From: an uncultured bacterium
GTDB lineage: Bacteria > Planctomycetota > UBA1135
Assembly (NCBI GenBank): GCA_964011335.1
Contig: CAXGOF010000002.1
Coordinates: 1 to 34,561 of the forward strand
DNA length: 34,561 nucleotides
Reading direction: 5' to 3'
Shown here: positions 16,977 through 26,009 of the stretch, one piece after another
Numbering within the stretch: position 1 is the stretch's first letter
Layout: each line of letters starts with the position of its first letter
Translations under genes and position numbers: made by a program
The notes under the pieces: model-generated
Seen by the model: only the letters and a program-made list of their open reading frames with translations
Database searches by the model: none
What the model was told of the DNA's origin: nothing

Positions 16977-17969
16977 ATGAAACAATTAATCCCAGCCGGA
17001 ATAGCCGGCATTGGACACTGGGTGCCCGATAAGGTTATCACTAACGAGTGGTTCACCAATTATCTTGACACGTCAGATGAATGGATTACCAAGCGCACCG
17101 GAATTTCGGAGCGCCGTTGGTTAGCAGATGACCAGGTCCCGACGGACATGTTCGGGGGTTCATCTGAAATGGCGATTAAAGATGCAGGGATTGAGGCCAA
17201 CGACATCGACATGATAGTAGTCGGTTCTGTTTCGGGCGATTATACGGCACCTTCTGCGGCTTGTATTTTGCAAGACCGACTCGGGATAACTAATGATTGC
17301 GGCGCATTTGATGTCGCTGCAGCGTGCTCCGGTTTTATGTACGCGTTGGCTGTTGGCACGCAGTTTATAGAAACGGGTAAATATCAAAACGTATTAGTCG
17401 TTGGCGGCGACGCAATGTCGCGCATGATTAACAAAGACGACCGCTCCACTGCGGTACTATTCGGCGATGCTTCTGGAGCGGTGGTCTTACAACCCCATTC
17501 CGTTTGCAAACGTGGACTAATAGAAGACATTACAATTGGCGCTCAAGGCTCAGGCGCAAAATATATCATTCGTAAGCGCGGCGGTGGCGCTGATCCGATT
17601 TCTCACGAAATACTCGACGAAAAATCGCACTTAATTCACATGGATGGTCGGCCGGTATATCGTTTCGCGGCATCTAAGATGATTTGGCTGCTAGACTGGG
17701 CAATGAGTGGGCAAGACCCAAAGAAGTTGGGTTGGATGATTCCGCATCAAATGAATCGCCGTATCCTCGAACAGGCTACAGCGCACTTGGGAATCCCTCC
17801 TCATAAAGTTCTGCACAACATCGCTAAGTACGGCAACACCTCCTCGGCTTCGGTGCCGCTGTTGCTGTCAGAGGGGTACCACCAAGGCTTATTTGAAAAA
17901 GACAAGTACTTGGTGCTTGGGGCATTCGGTGCGGGCCTTACTTGGTCTGGCGCGCGCATCGTCTGGTAA
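16977..17969 (+). CDS. fabH: Beta-ketoacyl-ACP synthase III
   Basis: 330 aa with the active-site contexts AAACSGF, IPHQMNRRI and YGNTSSASVP. Confidence 0.92.
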   Translation: MKQLIPAGIAGIGHWVPDKVITNEWFTNYLDTSDEWITKRTGISERRWLADDQVPTDMFGGSSEMAIKDAGIEANDIDMIVVGSVSGDYTAPSAACILQDRLGITNDCGAFDVAAACSGFMYALAVGTQFIETGKYQNVLVVGGDAMSRMINKDDRSTAVLFGDASGAVVLQPHSVCKRGLIEDITIGAQGSGAKYIIRKRGGGADPISHEILDEKSHLIHMDGRPVYRFAASKMIWLLDWAMSGQDPKKLGWMIPHQMNRRILEQATAHLGIPPHKVLHNIAKYGNTSSASVPLLLSEGYHQGLFEKDKYLVLGAFGAGLTWSGARIVW

Positions 17970-17982
17970 ATATACGCAGCGC

Positions 17983-19938
17983 CTACACCTCGCTAGCCGA
18001 CACCCAGTCGTCGGGTGGTGCTTTGCCTTTCATCTCAAATAAGAAGCGCGATGGGTGGCATGCTTGCAGCTTGCCGAATTTAGCGCGTGCAGTGCAAAAG
18101 GTCATGAGCAATAAACGTTGCGCGCGCGTGACACCTACATACATTAAGCGGCGCTCTTCTTCGATAGTACCATCAATCGCGGATCGTTTGTGTGGCAACA
18201 AGCCTTCTTCGAGGCCAACTAAGTAAACGTTTCTGAATTCAAGACCTTTGGCAGCATGCAAAGTCATTAAAGTGACGACATTGGAATCATCATCATCATT
18301 ATCGCTTTCATCGAGCATCATTTCTTGCAAGAAGCCATTTAAATCGGCGGTGCCATTTTTGCGCTGATAATTTTCAGCGAAATTAAGGATTTCGTCGACG
18401 CCTGCCCAGCGAACTTGGGCGGTGTCGGGGTCCGGGTAACATCGTGCCACTTCTTCGTGATAGTCGATATCACTAATCAACTTGCGCAAAGTCGCAACTA
18501 GATCTTCGGTAGCTTGCACACTAATATAAGCGGTACGCAATGCGTCACTCAATTTCTCGAAGCCTTTGCTAGCTGCGGCAGTCAACTCGTTTGCGGCATG
18601 ATTTTCTTTGAACACTGCGTAAGCCCCTTTGCCTTCTTCGGTGGCTTTGGCTAGTATTTTGTCAATCGTTCCTTTACCAATGCCGCGCGGCGGAGTATTG
18701 ACGATGCGCAAGAAGGATGTTTCATCGGCAGGATTGTCAATAACACGTAGGTAAGACAAAATATCGCGTACTTCTTTACGATCGAAAAAGCTTTGACCGC
18801 CAACTAGCTTGTATGGAATATTGGCCGAGCGTAATTCCGTCTCGAATGCTCGTGGTTGCTGCGCGGTACGGCACAAGATGGCAAAATCACGGTAGTGTGC
18901 TTGCTCGAGTCCAACCTGGTGACGGATGTCCCCACAAATGTGACCAGCCTCGTGCATCTCATCTTCAACGCGCAAAATCGAAACGCTTTCTCCGGAACCA
19001 TATGCCGATCGCAATTCTTTCTCATGACGTGCGCTGTTGTTCTTGATTACCATATTTGCCGCATCAATAATTTCTTGAGTCGAACGATAGTTAGTGCCCA
19101 GATAAACCTTGCCAGCTCCCGGGAAATCTTTTTCGAATCCCAGAATCTTTTGGATATTCGCTCCGCGCCACCCGTAAATGGATTGATCGTCGTCGCCCAC
19201 AACACAAATATTGCGATGGTTTTTTACGATAGCATGAATGATTTCGTATTGCGGAGTATTCGTATCTTGATACTCGTCAATCATGACATACTTGAACTGC
19301 CTCTCAAGCTGTAGGCGCACATCTTCATTGTCGCGTAATAATGCGTGCGTATAGAGCAGAAAATCGTCGAAGTCGACTACCCGCGAACGACGCAAATACT
19401 CTTGGTACTTCTCGTAACACCGCGCAATCATAATGTCGTAATCGTCTTCAGCTTCCCTGAAAGCGTCTTTCGGTAGTATCATTGAATTTTTGTACAACGA
19501 AATGCGTGATTGAGCCGCACGCGGATTTACGGAAGCCTCGGCAATGCGTAATTCGCGCAACTGGGCCTTAATAGCGCTCAGCTGGTCCGAGGAATCACAA
19601 ATACCAAAGGATTTAGGCAATCCGAGTTTTTCGTGGTGCTCGCGAATAAGGCGAATGCAAAAACTGTGAAAGGTCCCACAGGTCACTTCTTTAGCTTTTT
19701 CGCCACAGAGTTTGCGCAAGCGTTCGCGCATTTCGCGGGCGGCTTTATTGGTGAAAGTCACCAACAAAATATTCTCAGGAGCAATGCCTTTGTTTATCAA
19801 ATGAGCCGTACGAATAGTGATCACTCGTGTCTTGCCCGTGCCTGCACCCGCTAAGACTAACAGCGGCCCCTTGGTCGTCACCACAGCACGGTGCTGATCG
19901 GTGTTGAGGCCCTCTAGAAGCTGGGATTGGGTTTTCAT
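17983..19938 (-). CDS. UvrD/PcrA/Rep-family ATP-dependent DNA helicase
   Basis: 651 aa with Walker A AGAGTGKTRV, then DEYQDTN, VGDDDQSIYGWRGAN, GTNYRSTQEI, LHAAKGLEF and YVGVTRAQ. Confidence 0.92.
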   Translation of the reverse strand: MKTQSQLLEGLNTDQHRAVVTTKGPLLVLAGAGTGKTRVITIRTAHLINKGIAPENILLVTFTNKAAREMRERLRKLCGEKAKEVTCGTFHSFCIRLIREHHEKLGLPKSFGICDSSDQLSAIKAQLRELRIAEASVNPRAAQSRISLYKNSMILPKDAFREAEDDYDIMIARCYEKYQEYLRRSRVVDFDDFLLYTHALLRDNEDVRLQLERQFKYVMIDEYQDTNTPQYEIIHAIVKNHRNICVVGDDDQSIYGWRGANIQKILGFEKDFPGAGKVYLGTNYRSTQEIIDAANMVIKNNSARHEKELRSAYGSGESVSILRVEDEMHEAGHICGDIRHQVGLEQAHYRDFAILCRTAQQPRAFETELRSANIPYKLVGGQSFFDRKEVRDILSYLRVIDNPADETSFLRIVNTPPRGIGKGTIDKILAKATEEGKGAYAVFKENHAANELTAAASKGFEKLSDALRTAYISVQATEDLVATLRKLISDIDYHEEVARCYPDPDTAQVRWAGVDEILNFAENYQRKNGTADLNGFLQEMMLDESDNDDDDSNVVTLMTLHAAKGLEFRNVYLVGLEEGLLPHKRSAIDGTIEEERRLMYVGVTRAQRLLLMTFCTARAKFGKLQACHPSRFLFEMKGKAPPDDWVSASEV

Positions 19939-20271
19939 CGAGCGGGGAGTTTAACTTCTAGCGCGGTACTATTAAGCTAATTTCTTGGAGAACCTAAAAA
20001 CCACAACGCTTTCACACTCCTAACGGTCCTCTTACATCGGCGCATCGAAAGGTAGTATGAAAGTAGACGCGGGGGATGAGCTTGTTATTTACGAAAAGTC
20101 GTCAATATTGCGCATGCTCGACAGCCGCCGAGCAGGTATTCAGGGTGACGGAAATCACAGATTAGCGGTAGAAAAGAAGCAAGAAGCTGAGTAGCAGACT
20201 TTCTTAGGAAGTAGCTTTTGAGACACTCTTTTGCAGATACATAATTTTTATAAGAATATTATTTGCCTTGC

Positions 20272-20299
20272 TTGCAATATAGACTAAGATTTATATAAC
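20272..20299 (+). promoter_or_regulatory. Candidate sigma70-type promoter (TTGCAA-N16-TATAAC)
   Basis: The -35-like hexamer is at 20272..20277 and the -10-like hexamer at 20294..20299, ~40-75 nt upstream of the candidate starts of the next ORF. Motif match only. Confidence 0.35.
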
Positions 20300-20339
20300 A
20301 CCGAAAGGTGCCATCTGAGGGGATGGAGTTGCGGTCTTA

Positions 20340-21083
20340 GTGAAAACTAGGGCCGCATTTTTTATGATAGAGACCATGTTTTTCGCCGCCGACTTTGAAT
20401 TATTTACCTCTCGCTACCAGGGCGACGAAGAATGGAATGGTAGTCGTCTCGCTGTACGTCGTCGCTTGCAGACTTTGGGCAATGAAGTATGCGCCGAGTA
20501 TGCAGCTCTGGGGGTAGCGCTAGACCGCCGCGAGTCCCTACATCATCCGCATCACACCAATGGCAAGCGTGTGCGTCGTCAGCGGACTATGATTTTCCGG
20601 GATAAGAAATCGCGCAAAAAACTACAGTCTTTCTTGGGCAAAGATCTTGGCAAAGACTTAAATTCGGCGCGAAACAATGTGCATATGCAAATCTGCATCG
20701 ATGATAAGCAGTGTTGGTGGGGCATTCGCATCGATGAGTCGGCTTGGTATGACTTAAACGTACTCATTAAACGCGCTGAAGAAGATTTTTCACGCGATGA
20801 AATCGTCGCAGCCGCCAAGCTCGCGCAAAACTTCGATTTTGAACTTAACGGCGGCGGAGCGCGTCCACTATCGGGAATGACCCATCGTGATTGGCGTGAT
20901 ATTGCAGGCGTGGTTAACCCCGGCGAGAACGCTGTAGAAATCGTGCACCGCATGCAATCCTCAGAAGCGATTGCTCTTGGCGAAGATTTGGCAGCTACTA
21001 TAACGCAAGAACTGCTCAGCTTATTAGAATTTTTTAAGCTGTGCAGTTGGACTCTAGATTCTCCAAACGGCGCTACCGCTTAG
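20340..21083 (+). CDS. Hypothetical protein (conserved-looking, family not recognised)
   Basis: 247 aa ORF from the GTG at 20340; ATG alternatives are at 20364 and 20376. It is soluble and charged. I see only a loose resemblance to the DUF2461/TIGR02453 layout and cannot verify it. Confidence 0.55.
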   Translation: MKTRAAFFMIETMFFAADFELFTSRYQGDEEWNGSRLAVRRRLQTLGNEVCAEYAALGVALDRRESLHHPHHTNGKRVRRQRTMIFRDKKSRKKLQSFLGKDLGKDLNSARNNVHMQICIDDKQCWWGIRIDESAWYDLNVLIKRAEEDFSRDEIVAAAKLAQNFDFELNGGGARPLSGMTHRDWRDIAGVVNPGENAVEIVHRMQSSEAIALGEDLAATITQELLSLLEFFKLCSWTLDSPNGATA

Positions 21084-21433
21084 ATCACTGCTCGCAAATC
21101 TATGTGCTCACGTAAGCCATCGATTTGCTCTTCTAGTTCGCTCACATAAGCTCCAACCAATGCAAATTGGTGTTGATGTGCTACGGATTGAATCGCAGCA
21201 GATGTTTCTTCAATGTTAAGCACGCCGATGTTGGCGCTAGTTCCATGAATCGCATGTGCTGCGAATTCTATTAAATCGGCACGGCGATCAATAACGCCTT
21301 GCTTGATGACAGCAAGGCGTTCGGGGCATGAATCTAGAAATTCAATGTATAGGTCGCGCACAGCGTCAGAGTTGCCAAACAACTCGGTTAACGAGTTAAT
21401 GCGCTGGTGGTCAAAGGCAGGGTGCTGATTCAT
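21080..21433 (-). CDS. Stand-alone histidine phosphotransfer (Hpt) domain protein
   Basis: The Hpt signature is AAHAIHGTSANIGVLNIEE (HxxKG-type). I prefer the ATG at 21433 (MNQHPAF..., 117 aa) over the TTG at 21517 in the ORF track. Confidence 0.7.
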   Translation of the reverse strand: MNQHPAFDHQRINSLTELFGNSDAVRDLYIEFLDSCPERLAVIKQGVIDRRADLIEFAAHAIHGTSANIGVLNIEETSAAIQSVAHQHQFALVGAYVSELEEQIDGLREHIDLRAVI

Positions 21434-21695
21434 GATGTAGTATTGAGCTACACCATTTGCGGATGACCCCCGCGCCACCTTTAGCAAATATTTAAGTCTG
21501 TAAATCTCTTTCCACAATAGGCTTACGGCAAATACGATAAAAGCAGTAGCCGTTAACAGCGAGTAGCATTATCCACAAGAGTAAGGCTACTGTGATGCCG
21601 AGCGAATTGAGCACGACAAGTTCGCTGGCGACTTCATCAGAGACGCTAAGAGAAAGGTTAATCAAGGGTAAGGGGGGGCCAGTGTGACCCTCCCC

Positions 21696-23213
21696 TTACT
21701 TGTACTCTTTAAAGGCACCGGATTTCAAGAGCTTCCAATAAGTATTTAGATCGCGCTTGACTTTTCCACTGAGTAGCACGACACCTAATACGTTAGGGAA
21801 GGCCATGCCGAGAATCATTAAATCGCCAAAATCTAAAACGTTTTGAGACGTGATTACTGAACCTAAGAAGGTGAAGGTCAAGAAAGTAATCTTGTAGGAC
21901 ATTGAAGCATTGTCACCGAAGAGGTAAGCCCAGCAGCGTTCGCCGTAGTATGACCATGAGATCATTGTGGAGAAGGCGAACAATGTTACTGCGGCACCGA
22001 GTACAACAGGGAACCAACTAAATACGCTGGCAAAAGCTTGGGATGTTAAGCCCGCGCCGTTTGCGGTTGTTAAGTACGGTTCGTAGACGGCGATTCCGTT
22101 GACAGTTGTTGTCGGATCGTAAGCCCCAGTGATTACGATCACCAAACCAGTCATAGTGCAGACGACAATGGTGTCGATGAATGGTTCGAGCAAGGCAACA
22201 ATGCCTTCGCGAACAGGGTAATCCGTTTTCGCCGCCGAGTGCGCTATCGCTGCCGAGCCAACACCAGCCTCATTTGAGAAGGCGGCACGCTTAAAGCCCA
22301 TCACCAGGACTCCGATGAACCCGCCGTAGGCCGCGCTTGGGTTGATTGCGCATCGCCAAATGGTTTCGAATGCAGGCAGGATTTGGTCATAGGACACAAA
22401 TAGTACGCCCAAACAGGCGGCAACGTAAATTCCGCACATTGCTGGTACGATTTTCTCGGCCGTTGAGGCGATGCGCTGGATGCCTCCGATAATCACGACG
22501 CCGACAGCAGCTGTCATGAATAGGCCGTAAACCCAGCGGTAGTTCTCGAGCCCAGGGATAATTTCTTGCAGCGCGTTGAGCGATTGATTTACCTGAAAGG
22601 TGTTGCCGCCACCGAATGATCCGCCGATGCATAGCACCGCGAACATGACTGCCAGTACTTTGCCCAAGATAGGCATGTTCATTTCTTTGAGCCCTTTAGA
22701 TAGGTAGAACATTGCTCCGCCCATCACTTTGCCGTCCGGACGTACTTCGCGATATTTCTGCCCTAAAGTACACTCAACAAATTTGGATGACATGCCTAGG
22801 AATCCAGCAGTCACCATCCAGAAAATGGCTCCGGGTCCACCCATTGAGACCGCGATTGCCACACCGGCAATATTGCCTAAGCCGACAGTCGCCGAAAGCG
22901 CGGATGCTAGTGCCTGGAAGTGAGTGACTTCACCAGCGCCATGTGAGTTGGGGTCGGTGTATCGTCCACTGACCACCTTGATGGAGTGTCCGAGTCCGCG
23001 CAGGTTAATGAAGCCCATACGGAAGGTGAAGAAGATCGCACCCAGTACGAGCCAAAGAACAACGAGTGGCGCGGTGCCGTCGGTGTATGGCAAAGGAACC
23101 GGCGCGAAAAATATTCCGGCAAGGAACTCGACGATGTGGCCTGCGCCAGCGTCGATGAAGTCAAAGGTGCCAGTTTGGGCGGCAGCTTCTTGGGCTTGTA
23201 GGAGCGTAGTCAT
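21696..23213 (-). CDS. Alanine/glycine:cation (sodium) symporter, AGCS family
   Basis: 505 aa polytopic protein. The segment GGPGAIFWMVTAGFLGMSSKFVECTLGQKYR and the overall layout are typical of AGCS transporters. Confidence 0.88.
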   Translation of the reverse strand: MTTLLQAQEAAAQTGTFDFIDAGAGHIVEFLAGIFFAPVPLPYTDGTAPLVVLWLVLGAIFFTFRMGFINLRGLGHSIKVVSGRYTDPNSHGAGEVTHFQALASALSATVGLGNIAGVAIAVSMGGPGAIFWMVTAGFLGMSSKFVECTLGQKYREVRPDGKVMGGAMFYLSKGLKEMNMPILGKVLAVMFAVLCIGGSFGGGNTFQVNQSLNALQEIIPGLENYRWVYGLFMTAAVGVVIIGGIQRIASTAEKIVPAMCGIYVAACLGVLFVSYDQILPAFETIWRCAINPSAAYGGFIGVLVMGFKRAAFSNEAGVGSAAIAHSAAKTDYPVREGIVALLEPFIDTIVVCTMTGLVIVITGAYDPTTTVNGIAVYEPYLTTANGAGLTSQAFASVFSWFPVVLGAAVTLFAFSTMISWSYYGERCWAYLFGDNASMSYKITFLTFTFLGSVITSQNVLDFGDLMILGMAFPNVLGVVLLSGKVKRDLNTYWKLLKSGAFKEYK

Positions 23214-23267
23214 GGGAGGCTAGTATAAAAGAAGTATCGATTCAATGTAGTGCTCGTCCGCATTGTC

Positions 23268-23540
23268 ATGAAAATAAATCTCCCTACAATTAAAAATATC
23301 GAAGACATACGCTCTGTCCCACCTGGTGATTATCGCTGCAAAGTGGCTGAAGTTCGCGAAAGCGAGTCTCCTGCTGATCACACACGCTGGGGTATCCGCT
23401 GGGAAGTGATAAAAGGCGAATTTCAGAGGCGGATGGGGCTACAAGATGTCACCAGGGGTAACTGTTTATTTTACGGGCAGTGGCCCTGGTATCGTAATCG
23501 AGCTAGAAAGCAAAAAGGCGATTTGGTTATCGACAGCTAA
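23268..23540 (+). CDS. Small hypothetical protein
   Basis: 90 aa from the ATG at 23268; the ORF track starts at the GTG at 23250. No recognisable motifs, and the C-terminal half has odd composition. Confidence 0.35.
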   Translation: MKINLPTIKNIEDIRSVPPGDYRCKVAEVRESESPADHTRWGIRWEVIKGEFQRRMGLQDVTRGNCLFYGQWPWYRNRARKQKGDLVIDS

Positions 23541-23580
23541 AGGCGATTCGCTTTCACGCCTGGTGCGTTAGAATAGGGCA

Positions 23581-23946
23581 ATGGACGACCGTAATTTAAC
23601 CGCCGTTGCCGAGCAAGCCGCCGCAACATCTAGAGTGAAACGCAACTCTATTGAGGGTTGTACTATTTTGTACGACGACGGGCATGTTGCAATGGGTTGT
23701 CGTCTTGAATACGACGATGCCTCGCTCGATCAAAATGCTGTCTCAAATGCATTGGCAGCGGGGCGCGTGAATGGCTCATATCGTCCCTTGCGAATCGGCA
23801 TGTATTCGCCTGTCGGGGGCTGGCCAGTGCCCGCGGCAATCGCGTTGGCGCAAGTCTCCGAGTGCGCAACTACCGAAGTCACTTTCATTTTGTCATCGGG
23901 TGCCGGCGAACGCAAAGTTATTACTCTTAGCGAATTACTTGCTTAA
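23581..23946 (+). CDS. Cytidine-deaminase-fold protein lacking the zinc/catalytic residues
   Basis: 121 aa, collinear with small homotetrameric CDAs. DGHVAMGCRLEY matches DGKVYRGCNIEN. NAVSNAL replaces CAERTAL. PVPAAIALAQV replaces SPCGACRQV. Its stop overlaps the ligA ATG (TAATG). Confidence 0.6.
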   Translation: MDDRNLTAVAEQAAATSRVKRNSIEGCTILYDDGHVAMGCRLEYDDASLDQNAVSNALAAGRVNGSYRPLRIGMYSPVGGWPVPAAIALAQVSECATTEVTFILSSGAGERKVITLSELLA

Positions 23947-25979
23947 TGACGGACTTGCGCAGCGAATACGATTTGTTGTGCACAGAGTTGCATAAACTGA
24001 ACCACGCCTATTATGTCGACGCGCAACCATTGGCTAGTGATGGTGCATTTGACCGTAAGTTTCAGCGCCTGCTCGAAATAGAAAAGTTGTCTCCTGGCTG
24101 GTGTAATGCCTCAAGCCCAAGTCAACGTGTGGGCGCAGCGGTCACTAGCGACAGCGGTTTCAAGAAAGTTGCGCATACGGTGCCGATGATATCGATCGAG
24201 TCGCTGTTCGGTAACGATTCGATTATTGATTTCGAGGCGCGCGTGCGTAAAGGCTTGGCTTCTGAAACGGATACGCAGCCTACCTTTATATGTGAGCCTA
24301 AATGGGATGGCGTTTCAGCAAGCTTGATTTACGAGAATGGCGTACTAACACAGGGAATTTCGCGCGGAGACGGTCAGTTTGGTGAAGATATTACCAATAA
24401 CATTCGCGCTGTCGGCGGAGTACCGTTGCGTTTGTTTGGTGAACAGCCTCCTGCAGTTCTAGAAGTACGCGGCGAAGTAATGATGCCGATTGCTGGCTTC
24501 AATGCGATGAATAATGCGCTGCGCGCAAATGGCGATACCGTTTTTGCTAATCCGCGTAATGCGACAGCAGGTACGCTTAAGAGGCTTGACCCTGCGATGG
24601 TGGCATCGCGTCCGCTGCGGTTTATGTGTTACGAAGTTGTGCGCGTAGTGGGTGGCGAAAGGTATGCGACTCACGGTGAGGCGATGCAGGGCGCCAAAGA
24701 TTGGGGATTTGCGGTCTCGCCATATTCGGCGATTGTTGTCGACGCGGCAGGAATGATTAACTTTCACGACGACATCGAAAGCCAGCGTAATGCAATCGAG
24801 TACGAAATGGACGGTGTAGTCTACAAAGTAGATTCGCAGCTGTTGCGTGATTTACTCGGTTCGCGCGCCCGCACCCCACGTTGGGTTTGTGCACATAAGT
24901 TTGCCCCTCATGAAGAAACTACTAAGCTGCTTGACATACTTGTTCAAGTCGGACGCACTGGGCGCTTGACGCCGCGTGCAGCTCTTGAACCCGTAAATAT
25001 TGGCGGAGTAACCGTGCGACATGCTACTTTACATCATGCCGCTTATATTTCTGAGCTCGACATCAAGTTGGGAGACCAGGTGATTGTACGTCGCGCCGGC
25101 GATGTCATTCCGCAAATTGTTGGACCTGTTGTCGGCGTTCGTGACGGCAGCGAACGCGAGTTTTCTTTTCCGACTCAATGCCCAGAATGTGGGGGAGAGG
25201 CAAAAGACAATGGCGAGCATCGTTTCTGCATAAATATAGATTGCCCAGCGCAGCTAATTCGTCGGGTGCAATATATGGTGTCACGCACCGCGCTTAACAT
25301 AGACGGTATTGGCGACAAGGCAGTTGTGCAATTACATGGCGAGGGCTTGCTGAATAGTGCAGAACAGCTGTTCAATCTCGATTACAGCGCTATTGCCAAA
25401 TTGGAAGGTTGGGGGAACAAATCCGTTGATGCATTGCGTGATGGCATAGCTGCATCTTTAGAACCTAGGCTAGATAAGTTTTTGTCTAGCCTAGGCATAC
25501 CCGATGTCGGCCCAGAAACTTCGCGAGTAGTTTGCGCAAAATATAAGAGCATTGATTCCTTGCTGGAGCTGTCAGCAATGGAGAACGAACACGCTGTTGC
25601 TCAATTAAGTGAAATAGAAGGTGTAGGCAAAGAGGTTGCGGGCTCATTCTTACAGTTCGTGGGCTCTGCGAAAAATCGGGATGCCATCAAGGCAATGATT
25701 AGCTTCGGCTTACGCCCGCAAAGTGCGGAGCTTAGTACGGACGACCATAAAGATGCCGTAGCGTCTAAAGTGTTTGTGTTGACTGGCGCGCTGTCGTGTT
25801 CACGACCAGAGATGAAGGCACTTATCGAAGAAGCCGGCGGCAAAGTGACAGGCACTTTGTCAAAGAAAACCGATTACTTAGTCGCGGGTGATAAGGCTGG
25901 CAGCAAGTTGAGGAAGGCGCAAGATCTAGGTATCGAAGTATTGAGTGAGCAGCAAATTCGTGCGCTGCTCTCAGCATAA
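23946..25979 (+). CDS. ligA: NAD+-dependent DNA ligase
   Basis: 677 aa with the adenylation motif EPKWDGVS (KxDG) and the Cys4 zinc finger CPECGG...CINIDCPAQ. HhH repeats and a C-terminal BRCT domain (VFVLTGAL...GSKLRKAQDLGIEVLSE) follow. Confidence 0.95.
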   Translation: MTDLRSEYDLLCTELHKLNHAYYVDAQPLASDGAFDRKFQRLLEIEKLSPGWCNASSPSQRVGAAVTSDSGFKKVAHTVPMISIESLFGNDSIIDFEARVRKGLASETDTQPTFICEPKWDGVSASLIYENGVLTQGISRGDGQFGEDITNNIRAVGGVPLRLFGEQPPAVLEVRGEVMMPIAGFNAMNNALRANGDTVFANPRNATAGTLKRLDPAMVASRPLRFMCYEVVRVVGGERYATHGEAMQGAKDWGFAVSPYSAIVVDAAGMINFHDDIESQRNAIEYEMDGVVYKVDSQLLRDLLGSRARTPRWVCAHKFAPHEETTKLLDILVQVGRTGRLTPRAALEPVNIGGVTVRHATLHHAAYISELDIKLGDQVIVRRAGDVIPQIVGPVVGVRDGSEREFSFPTQCPECGGEAKDNGEHRFCINIDCPAQLIRRVQYMVSRTALNIDGIGDKAVVQLHGEGLLNSAEQLFNLDYSAIAKLEGWGNKSVDALRDGIAASLEPRLDKFLSSLGIPDVGPETSRVVCAKYKSIDSLLELSAMENEHAVAQLSEIEGVGKEVAGSFLQFVGSAKNRDAIKAMISFGLRPQSAELSTDDHKDAVASKVFVLTGALSCSRPEMKALIEEAGGKVTGTLSKKTDYLVAGDKAGSKLRKAQDLGIEVLSEQQIRALLSA

Positions 25980-26009
25980 ACTTGAGCGAAGAATGTTAGC
26001 AGTTGGCTA

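Noticed and set aside
17983-19938. The UvrD-family helicase as part of a defence or novel system, given the adjacent 400-bp gap and hypothetical gene.
   Set aside because: It has the complete canonical SF1 motif set of a housekeeping UvrD/PcrA-type helicase. It has no nuclease, toxin or other defence-type partner, and housekeeping fabH flanks it.
23413-23571. An alternative +1 frame, open for ~52 codons, that overlaps the 3' half of the 23268..23540 ORF (…GWGYKMSPGVTVYFTGSGPGIVIELESKKAIWLSTAKGDSLSRLVR). This would suggest a frameshifted gene.
   Set aside because: Neither frame has a recognisable homolog or motif, so I cannot tell a frameshift from chance. I recorded the ORF as a low-confidence hypothetical instead.
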